A DNA stretch of 63,984 nt, filler included, from Asterionella formosa (taxonomy: Eukaryota), in NCBI GenBank assembly GCA_002256025.1. It is 5 parts of 5 records of this genome, joined end to end, with 100 filler letters (N's around TTAATTAATTAA, not from the genome) between each part and the next. Parts side by side here need not be neighbours in the genome. Positions count along the whole stretch, not along the records: positions 27,065 to 40,479 come from NKIB01006717.1; positions 40,580 to 53,980 come from NKIB01006725.1; 3 more parts are not named here. One strand, written 5' to 3'. Position numbers and translations under genes: made by a program. Below, piece by piece: positions 27,780 through 40,799 of this stretch (positions are counted from its first letter, which is position 1; each line of letters begins with the position of its first letter). The notes below the pieces were generated by a model. That model did no database searches, had not been told where the DNA came from, and worked only from the letters and a program-made list of their open reading frames with translations.

Positions 27780-28062
27780 TGTTAATATCTGCATATGATG
27801 CTCCATACATGCGCCGTACGAACCATACCGGCGCAGCCACCAGATTAGGTACATGCGTGAGTGCTGACAACGATGTACTTGGAACAGCAATAGAATAGTC
27901 ATAATATTGTAGTTCACCTTTATTCACGATAAGGTTCCCCTCAACAGTAAGTACCCGCTTCCACATATATAATATGATTGGTGAGCATGAAGTACATTCC
28001 TCTGTTTGATTGGCCTGGTTTGCGAGGTCGTGCAAACCCACGCTGGCCACATTGGATTAACA
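27780..28062. repeat. Candidate LTR (283 bp) truncating the integrase ORF
   Basis: Begins TGTTAAT and ends ATTAACA (7-bp terminal inverted repeat, TG..CA); abrupt composition change at 27780; no TSD seen. Confidence 0.5.
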
Positions 28063-28821
28063 TGTAACATTTTCTTGGGTGTACTGACAGTCCGGTGCTA
28101 TATTAACGACGGGTACCAGTAGATGATCATCATTGGACATACCGGTACGCGTACCGCTCCTTGGGTGCACTTTCAAATATTTGCCGAGCCGCCGGGTCGT
28201 ATACATGACCCATATTCGTCGTTACGAGTATACATTGTAGTACTGGTGTATGCACATGACGCGATGTAGAACCTAAATATATATATATACTTATATATGT
28301 GTATATTAAACGATTTGAATATGTCGAACGGATTCAATGCATAGCATATAAAATCGTTAATCGGAGTATAGAGTGTCCATGAATACATGTTGATCGTATT
28401 TTTAGCATATATATACATACAGCGACTAAGAGTGTCAATATATATATTTAGCGATTTTGACAAGGAATCTATGTACGTATTTGCAAATTTTCACTGATTC
28501 AAATATTTCAAATGGAATCACGTCATTCAAAAATAGCTAATTAAATTCTTAATTCCAGGGAATTTTCGCAACCCTAAGCAATATTTTAATTTTTGCCTAG
28601 GGGTTCAAATGCAGCAACCTTAAGGTTGCGGCCCCGCAGTTACAAATTGCGAGGTCCAAATATTTTTATGATGTACCTCAATCCACACATCGTGTACAAG
28701 TAAATATAATAGTTAAAGGTTAAATTAGCTTTCACCATTACAACCACTTTGCAGATGCTTAGATACTGTCATTTCGCGACTTAGGGGTATGATCTATATA
28801 CAGATATGGTAAGGACCCCAT

Positions 28822-28910
28822 TTCTGGAGAGAAGTGACAGTAATGTATCCTCATAGATTCGTAAGCTTTTCAAAAAATCTACGATACATAACTGCCACTT
28901 CTCTCCAGAA
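28822..28910. repeat. Long imperfect hairpin (arms about 35-38 bp)
   Basis: TTCTGGAGAGAAGTGACAGTAATGTATC...AGATT pairs with AATCTACGATACATAACTGCCACTTCTCTCCAGAA. Confidence 0.85.
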
Positions 28911-28916
28911 GTTAAC

Positions 28917-29205
28917 TCCTGACGTTGTAGGGTACACGGCTATCTATTTTAATCGTCATGAAACCCCATAGATGCTGAGCAATCCTCTTCCAAAAAGTCG
29001 ACCCGATCGGTTTTTCAACAGTCATCAAAATATTGGAATCGGAATTAGTATGTGCAAAAAATCCTGACGTTGTAGGGTACACAGCTATCTATTTTAATCG
29101 TCATGAAACCCCGTAGATGCTGAGCAATCCTCTTCCAAAAAGTCGACCCGATCGGTTTTTCAACAGTCACCAAAATATTGAAATCGGAATTAGTATGTGC
29201 AAAAA
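28917..29205. repeat. Near-perfect tandem duplication, 2 x ~145 bp
   Basis: TCCTGACGTTGTAGGGTACAC...GGAATTAGTATGTGCAAAAA starts at 28917 and again at 29062, with few substitutions. Confidence 0.95.
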
Positions 29206-29732
29206 CGTTCTTGTAGACTTAGAGTCTTGCATAGGTATGTTTTGCTGAATAATTCTCTGTCCAAAAAGACTCCAGGGTACTAAGTTCCCGTGTCACTACA
29301 CATATTTTGATTGGTTGAATTGAATTTACTCACCTACTCCAGATCGGCTGCAGTATCTCGGTCTTGTAAAATTACAATTACGCCAGCCATACTTGAACCA
29401 CATGTATTAGATGTACTGTGCCAGTATTGACAACTAATTCTACCCTCAATACTACCATTTTTTGCCGTAGTGAAAGCTAGTGCACTAGTAGTTTACTAGC
29501 ATGACATACAAAGCATGCACTGGAGTATGGGTCTCAATCATTTTTGGCTTGGCAGTACATGTCAAACATCGCCTGTATGTAAATAGCCACAATAAACCGG
29601 TTTATGCAATGCTATCATAGTATCATGCATGCGAAAATAAAATGGAGTAAGAATGTAAATTGTAAATCAAAGGAGAATGGAACGTAAGCATGTACCGGTA
29701 GTAGTTTCCTAATAGTTAATATGTAAATCTAG

Positions 29733-31829
29733 TTAGACACGTAGTTGTGGATGCCCACCATTGCGGCGATCTTTCAACATTTGGTTGAGAATTTGAGTAA
29801 CAGTCTTCTCTGGACCATATGCCTCATAGATTCGGTCGATTACAGCATGTGCAGTGTACCCAGCTTGAACAAGACCTGCCACTCTATCCCAGAAAACCTT
29901 GCGTCGATAATAGATAAATTTTGTCCTCCCCCTCTCTGCCCGGCCCCCTTGTAAATATCCTTGCTGGTTTTCGTCCTGTGATTCCAACTTCCCATTCTTG
30001 CCAAAGAACAAATAGTGTTTTTGGTGTCTTGGAAAGGCTCCTATTGTAAACAGGATCCAAAGCCATATTCGTTTGTTCATCGTCATTGCCTGCTTGGCTG
30101 TTGTTGTCGGTTCCTATGACAGGAAAATTTTCGACATTTGAATTTGGGCTGTTGTTGGCATTTGTTATGCCGAAAGCAAAATTAGAAACACTGCCCCTGA
30201 GCATTTGTGCCGGCATCCGGGAAAGTCGATTCAAGCTTGTCTGCATCTTGCCCATCCCTTTGGTCACATTGGTTGTAAGGATGGAAATCTGGCTTTGAAT
30301 CTCCTTCACCTCTCGTTGTATCTCCCTTTGCTGTGAACACAGCCCAAGAAATTCGTTCTTGTTCCGGTTCCTCTGAATAAATGCATTGACGGCTTGTTGT
30401 TGGTGGTACTGCTGTATGCCTCCTCCGCCATTATTTACTGTTGAAACTGCAGCTACTCCTGTTGACACTTCAGCGACTTCTTCACCCACATTGCTCGAAA
30501 ACTCATCTGGATCCCAGATCTCGTCAATGTACAGTTCCGCCCCTGCACCATTCACAACAATTAGCCGTTTCCCCACAGGATTTGTACCTGGTGTTAGATT
30601 ACTACGTACAAGTGCGTATGCCATCTGGATCCGTTGTGTCAGCTTGCCTGGTAAGAAACCCAGTAGACTTGGCTCAAAACCGCCCAAACAACAAGGAGTG
30701 GACGTGCCAGCGTTAGTGCCATTACATATTGCAGAAGCCAATCATCAGACACACCGCTTTCTTCATTCAGAACATACTTGCATGGGCCGCCAATACCAAG
30801 GGCTGCCGCAACCTTGGCGTCTGGATAAGGTAGCTCAACATCAATGTAAGTGTCAACTTGTTCTGTGCGCCGTTTCCAGCATCCACGGAAGGCAACATCA
30901 TCCCGGGAGCAGCCATTTCGACGTGCATGTGTTGATGGGTACTTCCGAAGGCTGTGTGTGCCAATCAAACTATTGTTCATTCGTTTGAACTCACTACTTT
31001 CCCATACATCATCACGCAGAATTGTATAGGCCTTTCTTTTAGCATTTGATGGATTGTTGGCTGGTTTGTAGCGAAAACACCCATGGATTTTCGGGTGATG
31101 CGCCTTGTTCCATACATTCTGTCTGAAGATGAATGGCCAAGGCAAGGAGAACGCAATAGTATTGCGACATGGATGCAATGAGTACCTGGTTTGGTGCCTC
31201 CCTCTCTTCTTTAACGTTTTTTGTCCAACACAGCTTGGCCATCAGAGTGAAAGGAAATCGAAGATTTGCAGTTAGGTTTATCTTTGTTAATTGCACACAA
31301 TCGTCAATTCGGCCAACCATGTGGAATTGAAAGGCACACAGTGCAGGCAACTGATACCGATGGATACTGTCCTTGAATGAATGAAGGATATGCATTGTAT
31401 TGGAGAACTCTTGGGATTCTAGGGGTCGCGATGGTTTCCCTTTTCTGCGCACTTCCTTCTTTTTTTCTGCCTTGATGAGGTTATTGACACCAGGCATAGA
31501 CCTTGTTGGATTGCCACTGTGCATAATAGCATTCCAAGTGGAGAGTCGATTGGGCATAAAATACGACAATGCCTTTTTTTAGTATTGCAGGGAAGAAGAC
31601 TGGCCATGTGTTGGATTTTCATCATTGTTTGGATCAGGACGGCCATAGACTTTCATAGCCATCCATTTGTAGACATCCTCAGGTGTAACTTCCCCAAGTT
31701 CCTCTGGACTAAACTTGTAGCTTTTAGAATATTCTATGCCATCTCTGTATGACATCATAGCAATTAGGACACCTTGTAAAAAGGGGATTGTGTAGGTTCA
31801 TTTCCTCTTCTTGTTGGCATTGTCCCCAT
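29733..31829 (-). mobile_element. Crypton-type (stramenopile) tyrosine-recombinase transposon ORF with C-terminal GCR1_C-like domain; frameshifted
   Basis: FQFHMVGRIDD (catalytic R), WTKNVKEEREAP, GTHSLRK (HxxR), RGCWK, VDTYID (Tyr), then LSKTPKTLFVLWQEWEVGITGRKPARIFT...YYRRKVFWD. Several stops and frameshifts. Confidence 0.88.
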
Positions 31830-33392
31830 GTTGATATTTAGTTTAATTTTTTACTTCAATCCCATTTCATACCATGTTGTATCATGGTAGAATTTCTTGG
31901 ACAATACCATGGCATACTGCAGGGTTCCATCGGTCGTCCATTGGTAGAATATTCTACCAAAATGTGAAAAAATTCTACCCCAATACTACTGGGTAGAATT
32001 TTTGCCTTTCTCTATACCATATTTTCACCACGGTCAAGCAAGGGAGGGGTACCGGACAGTATTGACCTGTTCAGAGTAGAACACTACTGGAGCCCTACAG
32101 AAAAATAATAATTTGGTAGAATTTCATCAATAATGTACTGGTACATGGTAGGTAAAATAAGTACTACCGGCAGTTTCATCATCCATCGTCATTAACCCAA
32201 GATTATGTACTACTGGTATCAGGTACCCTGGTACACCATTACTCCGGTATAAACGGATTAAAAATATCATGAGTATACATTTAAGCATACTCCTGATTTA
32301 TATATGTGTTGGAACAAAATTATGTCTTCATTCAGCAACGTAGATATAGTATTAACGTTTAAATATCATTTTGTTTGTTTAAAATGGAACTCTGTCTATC
32401 TGGCGCCCACTCAATATTCAAATGGACACTCAAATCATGGGAACTCATAGCAGCAAACTCCCTGTTCCATGCCGTAGCCTAGCGACGTTTTCTCCAAACT
32501 AGGGTGAAGTCGAGGGCCACAACCTTAAGTGTCGCTGACCGCACCGTCGTCCATACTGTCGTACTGGTCTGTTTGCTCAAATATTACAAACGTCTGTTGG
32601 TACACATTTCGGTGTCACCGGCCACACTGTTGTATTGCGTGCTTGTGTACTTCTGCAGATACATACCTATGTTCTCTTGTATGGAATAAAATACAAACGT
32701 CAGTTGGTACATACTTAGGTGTCACCGAACAAGCCTGCACCACGTGTGTTTGAAATTTTATATACCTGCATCCCTGTGTAGGCATTTCACTGTTATATAT
32801 ACTATACGTACTCGTGTACATGCTGTTCTACCACCTCAAAATATACCTTTCTCTCTGTTGCCCTCATTATATTCTCATTGTTGAGTATATTTTGTGTTTT
32901 ATTTGTCATCGCTGCTCCCATCATCACACCTACATTCAAGCTAACTCTCCTTCTTCCACTTCTTCTCACAACTTATCAGGGACCCTCATAGACTATCTCA
33001 TCCTCCCTACACTTGACTCTCCACTTTTGTGGCTACCCAAGCAACAAAGCTGACCTAATCCTCAACCAGCAAGAACATTTCCTCTTCCATTGATTCACAT
33101 GGTTTCTTTTACTTCCCACTTGCTTTAGCCTTTTGCAGCAAGAAGAATCTGGCATTTGTGGTTGCCTATCATCTCCTACGCCAAGGAGGGCTTCCTTTGA
33201 GTGCTGCTTTGTTTGGTTTGGAACACATTGAAGCTTGAGCCAAACTACTTCAACTCTGTGTAGACTTGCCTTCTGTTTCAGATCCTTTCCTTTGGTGCAC
33301 AACCATCCACCCTCTTCTCCCTACTCTGCCTCTAGTCTTCCTACAAAATCCTAGTTAAATTAATTCTCTTCTCTTTTTGATTCCTTCCTCGA

Positions 33393-36300
33393 ATGTCCAG
33401 GCAAACTAAACAGACCCATTCCCGCCAGACTCATGTGCCACGGTACTCCCAACCCCCTCAACGCTCCACTCGGTTTCTCCCCCATACTTCTTCCTCTCAA
33501 CTCTCTCATTCTTCACCACCTGCAGAGACACATGTCACAGTTCCTCATCTCTTTCGCGGTTCTGCTGCACAATATCATGATCTCCGGACCCAACTTGGTT
33601 CTTCGCTCCCCATGCCAAGTTCCTCTTCCTGATTATCCTCCTGAAATTCCACCCATGGATTTTTCTGTCTCCTCTGATCCAGGCCACATAGAAGCAAATA
33701 TTACTACCAGACCTGGTCGTCCTTGCTTTCACCACCAGTCACTCCAAGAACGCGTCCTCCCTCCTATTCTGAACCACCAACACAATGGGTCTATCTCCCA
33801 CACCTTCCTTGATGACGCCACTTCTGTCCATAGCTCCTAGCGCCCCCGCATTTGGTTCTCGGTTTCACCAATCTTCGCCTCCTGCTTCACTCCCTCTTAC
33901 TATGATTCCTCTTACGCAGGATGAACTTGATGCTCTGGGAAAGTATTGCCGCTGACTATCTCCACAGACATCACCGCACGATGCCCGCCCAGTTCTTCTA
34001 GAACTGCTACCGAGCGCCCCATACTCTAAGGGATTCCTCCACATTCCCATGGATTGTCCTTTCCCGACCCATGTCCTCCTGATCCTGATCCTGATCCTGA
34101 TCCAGATCCAGATGAAAACTCTTCTCACAGTGATGCACCTTCCAGCGATCATTCTCCTTCTTCTAACCCTTTTCTCCCTCGCTTTTGGCCCACTCCTCCA
34201 ACTGCAACCGAACTTGGTGCACTTCTTCGTGGTCTCCGCATCCCCTCATTACTTTGTCACAGGCGTTCCCCACTTATTGCATGGTTTTACACTTCTACTG
34301 GCATTCTTTTGGGTCCTTATGGAGGTCAATACTCCCAGTTGGGTAAAACAATTCCTAAACTTACCACTCTTGATGCCTCTCAATTTTTTGTCTGGTAAAA
34401 TTCCCTCCGCTCTGCTCTTAATTCCACTGGCTTCTATATGGATCTCCTGCCACAGGCCATGGATTTACTTTATGATTCTGATCTTGGTGCAACTCCAGTT
34501 AATGGTGACCTTCTTGCATCCCTGCACATTCTCTTTGGTCTTCACTTCTCTATCTCCGCAACTTCTGCTTCTTTTGAGGGGGAACATCGTCGTTCTGGTA
34601 ATACCCATTACTCTGTCCTCTCCTCATCTGATGTGCTGCCGCTCAATTATGGAGACAAAGCCAAAGACCTTCTTGACAAACACAGTCCCACTGGTGATGG
34701 TTTTGGGTTATTACAAGATCTCCTGCTCTTATTTCACCCTGGACTCTGAGATAACTTTGCCCCTGGCTTTGCTCAACATCTTTCATCTGCTCCCTAATAT
34801 ACTATCATATTGGGTAAACTAAACTACTCTGGATGCCCTTACCAAATATAATACTCTCTATGCACGATGGTTTGAGCTTCTATATCTTTACCCAGAACAC
34901 TCCACATATCGCCCAGTTGATCTCCTCCCTCTCCACTACATCCAAGGCCTCGGTTCCAATGCGCAATTTCTTCAAGAAGAACTATGTTCATTACGTTCCC
35001 TGAAATCTGATGACCTCTGGCTTTACTCACAGCATCGTGCAGCTTCAGCGGTCCCTCTTCGGCTGCAAGTTGAAGGGTTATATTCAAAGCTCAAGTCCCT
35101 CTTGCAATACCTTCCGACTCCTCGCACTAATTGTTCAACCAATTCCATCCACCTGCACTCAGCAACAGCCATGTCCTCAACCACTCCTGACATCTTTCCT
35201 GTGTCTGCCAGCGATATTTCTCACACTCTGGACCGTGCTCTTGATGGTCAAATCTGCACTGATCAACACCCTATTCATGCTCTCATTGTATCCGCTATCC
35301 AGCGCGCACGGACATCAAACCCACATGGCTTATGTTCTTACACATGGTGTGGCGTGAAACACGATCCTCTCTGCTGTTGCATTTGTTTTGGGAGCAACCA
35401 TAAAACAATGGACTGTTGGCATCTCAATGGACTATCTGACAACAGGAAAGAATTGTTAATCAAAGCAAAAGAAGCAAAGCAGTCCAGTTTACCACCTTTT
35501 GAAGGTCCTACACATGCCCCCCCCGCACTCATCAGCTGTCCACCAATCATTCCCCCCAACCACTCAGTATTCATGCTATCTACAATTCACTGGATTTCAA
35601 TGAAATCATTTCTTCCCCTCTTTAATCCCTTCTTGAAGAAATTCACTTGACTGCACAGGACCATACACAACTCCCTTTGGACACAGGTCCTCATCTTTAT
35701 AGCTGGGATAATCATGGACAATCCAATCCTGTCACCCCATCAGTATATCACACTGGAATGGTGGCTTTTGTAAATCATATCAGAGATGAGCATGACAAAG
35801 ACTTTGATCTTACCCATTCATCTAATGACCACAATGAGATGATCTAGTACCCCCTTTGTCACTACCTCATTCTCCATCCACCTCGATCACAGCTTCCCTT
35901 GAATATGCTGCCCTCTTACGAGATGGTGAATCTCTCATGCATGTGGATACTGGGGTAAATGGCAATGTCACTTGTATGAGCAATGAGCTGCTCAATGTGG
36001 TCTGCCAAACAGCCAAATTGGAGATATAGATCAAGTTGGGTACATTGTTGGAACCTCATTGCCATGCTTCATTTCTGCACATCGGACTGTTGAACTTGAA
36101 ATTTCGTTGCCAAAAACCGTTGAACTCCCCCATTAACGACGTGGGTCCCTTAGTGTCCATGCTCTCAAACGACTTGGTTATGAAGCTGACCATCGACTTG
36201 TTCAGCATCGAAATGGGAATTTTCTATGGTTAAGACTACCAAATGGAAAAGAATATCTTTTTAAACTCCTTACCTTTGATGATGCAGATTATGATCTCCT

Positions 36301-39300
36301 CATTGTTCGCCTCCACAAACCGACTCTCTCAACTACCACTTCAGCCATTGATCTCTTCAACACCATGAAACCAGCTGGTTTATATCATCTTATCCATCTA
36401 CGCATGGGATGTCCTGGTCGTCGCTCTATGGAATTAGCTACTGCTCAATGGTAAAAGCGTTGTTGGATTACCTGCCAATGTTATCATCCCAGACACTTTT
36501 TCTTGCCCTAGTAGTCTATCTGTCTCAAAGAAAAACAACCTTCACTATCCAAACATCTTATCAGGGAAACACCATTTAAAGTAGTTGGCCAAATGCTTCA
36601 TATGGATTTTGGTTTTTATGGCAAACAATCCTGTTGGGCGGGGCTTCAAATGTTTCTTAGTTGCCACTGAAGCTATTTCCAATCACCATTGGAAATTCTG
36701 TCGGCAATCAAAAACCACCCTGGTTAAACTTATTCTTTGGATTATACAACATGTTCAAATTAGAACAGGCCAACAAGTTCGACGTATTTGTATGGATGGT
36801 GAACTGTTTGCTAATGATACATTGAAAATGCAACTTTCACTACTACACTTTGCTGTTGAACCTACTGGAGCATATACCTCATCTCAGAATGGGAAAGCAG
36901 AGGTGTCTATCAAACTTATTGGTTTAACAGCTCCATGCCTCATGTATGGAGCACAAAAGGACCCTTCTTTCTGGTGTTTTGCTGTTACCTATGCAACTAT
37001 TCTCCTCAATGTGCGCCCCTCTGATGCTCATAATGGCAGAACTCCCTACGAAGTTTTTCATAAGCATGCTCCTAATCTCTCTATGGCATTCATTTTTGGA
37101 TCTCCTCTTCATGTTAAAAATTGTCGAGCAAGTCATCATCGGCCAGATTCAAACACCCTCCTGGGGAAATTTGTGGGTTTTCAAGGTATGGCTCACATTT
37201 ACCAATACATTGGTGATTCTGGACGAGTCCAATATGCACACCATGCAGTTGTCAATGAGTTATGTGTTCATCGACTCCCTCATGATTGTTCCTCTGCGGC
37301 TAAAGCTTTGCTGGACCATCCTGCTGGCGATCAATCTGTTGGAGCTCATACTCTAGCGCTATGACATGATGCAGTAGAGAACCTTATTCCCAGCTGTACT
37401 CCATGGCTTCCGCTTGACATGGCTGTGATGTCCCAGCTCATTTCATGAGGCCATGAAGGGACCCTTTAAGGGAGATTGGACTGCTGCTTTATTTTCCCAT
37501 CTTGACAACTGCCACAGTATTGGTACTTTTGGTCCCCCATCAGTGCCTCCTCATGATGTAACACTTTTGCCAGCTGTGCTAGTGCTCAAACATGTTCTTA
37601 ACACAGCAAAGCAAATCAATGATCGCAAAGTCCGCCTTTGTGTCAATGGAAGTTTCCAAATCAAAGGAGTGGATTACACTGAATCATTTACACCCACCAT
37701 TTTGGCTATGTTCATCAAAGTCTTGTTAGCTACTATTGGGACATATCTACACTATGACTTTTATCATCTGGATATCAGCAATGCTTTTCAAAATACACCT
37801 GCACCTCCTAATGCTGCTGGTAATTGTATTTGGCTTTGTGTATTCCCAGAATATCTACTCTGGTTTCAAACTCAATTTCCTTAAGAACATTTTACTCTGG
37901 TTTCAAACTCAATTTCCTAAAGAACATGCCACTTTATTTGTGACACTCCCTCTAAATAAGGTTCATTATACTTCTTGCATAAAAGTGTCCGAAAATGCAC
38001 AATGAGTTGGTCGGGGGAACTCGGGATTACTTTTTTTTGACTAAATTTGTAGCAAATCAATAATAATTTTTATCAATGATAGAAACTTTTCCTAACTAAG
38101 TTTTCAATGACCCTTTTTACTTAGTACATTGAAAATCGAAAAATAAAAATATATTTGTACTCGGATGCATAACGTATCAAATGTAAAACTTACGTTTTCG
38201 ACATAGAATACATCATACATGCAACAGACCTTGTATATACTTTGTACATTCCGCATATAGAATTACATATTACCGGTATGTATGTTTGGCGTACATACTA
38301 CTAGTTATGTACTACCAGTACTTGCGTGTGTGTTTGTAAAGCTGCATGTGGTATGGGGTCGATGAAACAGCAACTCCATCTTGACCATGACGAAATTATG
38401 GAGTTGAATATCTTCACGAATATTGACAATGAGCAATTCCTATTTCGCAGGTGTATGTAGACTAACATAGACGAGATAATCAATGAATAATAACATTTTT
38501 TGCACTAGTATTGACAACAAAAAGTTAAAATCGGCGCTGGAAGTTGTTTCTGGTCGTCATTTGCTCAGTTTTGAAGATATGACCAAAGTAGCGACAGTTT
38601 TGAGTCCGCGGTGATTAGCTTGATAACTTTTACTAGATAAAGTTTTATATGTTTTGTAGAAATAGATGAGAAAACCTGAGCGACAGTATTCTCGGAGAGG
38701 GTACAACATTTCAAGATGCAACAAATTCCTCTACGTCAATTTTGTAGTGACTATCATGTACGCACTAATTGTCATGGTTCATATTTCTATGGAATCTTGA
38801 TAAGGTCATTTGACACCTTACTATAGACATACTTTCAGCCATTCGACAATAGACTGCTTGTTCTTTACGTGAATAAAAAGTTCGCATCACTGAAATGATC
38901 ACGAACTCCCCTGACTGACGGTTTATGCATTTTTCGACACTTTTATGCAAAAATTGTATTCTTTTCTCTCAATAAACAACCCTGGAAAGATTTAGGAGTT
39001 GAAATGTTTGCACATGTTCAAGGCCGCAAAGATGCTTTGCGCAAGTGGGGCGAACATGTTGACAAAGTTATCTGTTGACAACTCGGTCTCACCAAAAACT
39101 GGGCAGATCAATGTATCTATCAAGGGACCATTAATAATCACCATGTCATTATGGCTCGAGCAACAGATGATATTCTCATTGGAACACGCTCTTTAGAGAC
39201 CTACAACCATTTAGTTAGTCACCTTGAATCTCACTGGAAGATTCACAATATGGGAATTGTCTCACATTTTTGGGTCTCCGATTTCTTTTCAGCAGTCCAC

Positions 39301-40479
39301 ACTGCATGACCATAGACCAAACTCATATGATCCATGAAGTTCTCACTTATGTCTATGGGGCTGCTTGGAATCACCAAACCCTATCTTCTGCCAATCTTGT
39401 TCCCATGATTGCTGGCATTCAACATGAAGAAGCATTAGCAAGTTGTTCCCCTACTCAGATGTGGAAATGAAACTCGCTATTAAGTCATATGGTTTTGAAT
39501 ATCGCAATCTCCTTGTTCAATTCTAACATCTGTGTCAATGGAAGCGTCTGAAGATTCAAACTGTCGTGGTACAACGCCTTGCGCAATATCAAAATGCTCC
39601 TGGGATGCTCCATTTAGCGGGTCTCTTACAAATTGCCAAATAACTACGACGATATCCTGATATTACATTAGCTTTCAATTGTAAGCTGGTGTCACGTGCC
39701 ATGGTTCTATTCTTTCAGTTGGTGCTCATATCAGTCAAGCAGCTCCCTGGCTTGGGGAACCAACCGTCATTAGTGTTGAAGCTCATCACTTTGAAAAGGA
39801 CCAAACATTTTGGCATCTTCCTCCAATCACTATCAATAAGTCTACTCCATGCATGGCTCCGCTTACTCAGGGTTTCGCTGATGCCAACTTTGTTGGTGCT
39901 GTTTTTGATCGCCTTGCTTACTCTGGAAAAGTTGTTTTGATCAATGGCACTGCAATTATCAATCTATGTCGCAAACAAAGTACTACAGCTTACAATACAA
40001 CTGAGGCTGAATTAGATGCTGCTACCACATTGTCTAAACATGTTTTATGGCTCCTCCGCATTTATATGGAAGATATGTCTCTGCCATACCATGCCCCAGT
40101 CCTGCCCCATAGGTGAAGATAATTTTGCTGCCCAAATTATTGCTCATGCAGGGAAACTTACTCGCAATGTTCGCCATATTGCCACTAAAACGCAGACTCT
40201 CCAAGAACATGTCCATCATGCCCATGTATCCTTTCACCGTGTTTCATCGGCTTGCAATCTAGCTGATCACTTCACTAAGGCATTACCTTTTACAACTTTG
40301 CGTGCACACTGCATGACTATGATGGGATATGCTTTTATTGATCATCTTCATCGGGCCCTTGTCCATTCACTTGATTCCTTTCCACCCCTGCTCTGACAAC
40401 TGCTGATTTCTTTCTCTCGTCTATCTCCATTCTTGATGAGATGGGGGGGGGGGGGGTTGTTTAAAATCAATATTTTGTC
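33393..40479 (+). mobile_element. Decayed near-full-length Ty1/Copia LTR retrotransposon (gag-PR-IN-RT-RH, PPT, start of 3' LTR)
   Basis: Cys/His knuckle CCICFGSNHKTMDC; protease HVDTG (~35940); HLRMGCPG; integrase ICMDGE and YTSSQNGKAE; RT KVRLCVNGSFQIKGVDYTESF, LDISNAF, ATDDIL; RNase H FADANF, TTEAEL, IGEDN, NLADHFTKAL; G-run PPT 40443-40456 then TGTTTAAAAT at 40458. Confidence 0.9.
37969..38956. mobile_element. Non-autonomous TIR element (MITE-like, Tc1/mariner-type TA target) nested in the Copia RT
   Basis: Imperfect TIRs TACTTCTTGCATAAAAGTGTCCGAAAATGCA / TGCATTTTTCGACACTTTTATGCAAAAATTG, flanked by TA at 37967-68 and 38957-58. RT-like coding resumes afterwards (EMFAHVQGRKDA). Confidence 0.8.
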
Positions 40480-40579
40480 NNNNNNNNNNNNNNNNNNNNN
40501 NNNNNNNNNNNNNNNNNNNNNNNTTAATTAATTAANNNNNNNNNNNNNNNNNNNNNNNNNNNNNNNNNNNNNNNNNNNN
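40480..40579. other. Assembly gap pad
   Basis: N-run with TTAATTAATTAA linker. Confidence 0.97.
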
Positions 40580-40799
40580 AGCACAAGAAAGATGGAGGTT
40601 GCCGTTGGGACCATGCATGCCATTGAGCGAATACAAATGCGTTTTGGTATTACCGGTATTCTACTGACCAGCTACGTAAACAACCCTCCTTTTTTATGTA
40701 CCTGGTAGTGTGCTAGACCAGGTACAATACCAGCATCATGGAGAAATAACCGGGACACAGTAAAAGTACCAGGTTATCAGGTACAAGGTCCAAAGACAG

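Noticed and set aside
28917..29205. Repeats considered as a CRISPR array
   Set aside because: Two long contiguous units with no spacers and no cas genes, in a eukaryotic context
34075..34115. (GATCCT)n microsatellite
   Set aside because: Simply encodes a DPDPDP low-complexity stretch in the Copia gag region
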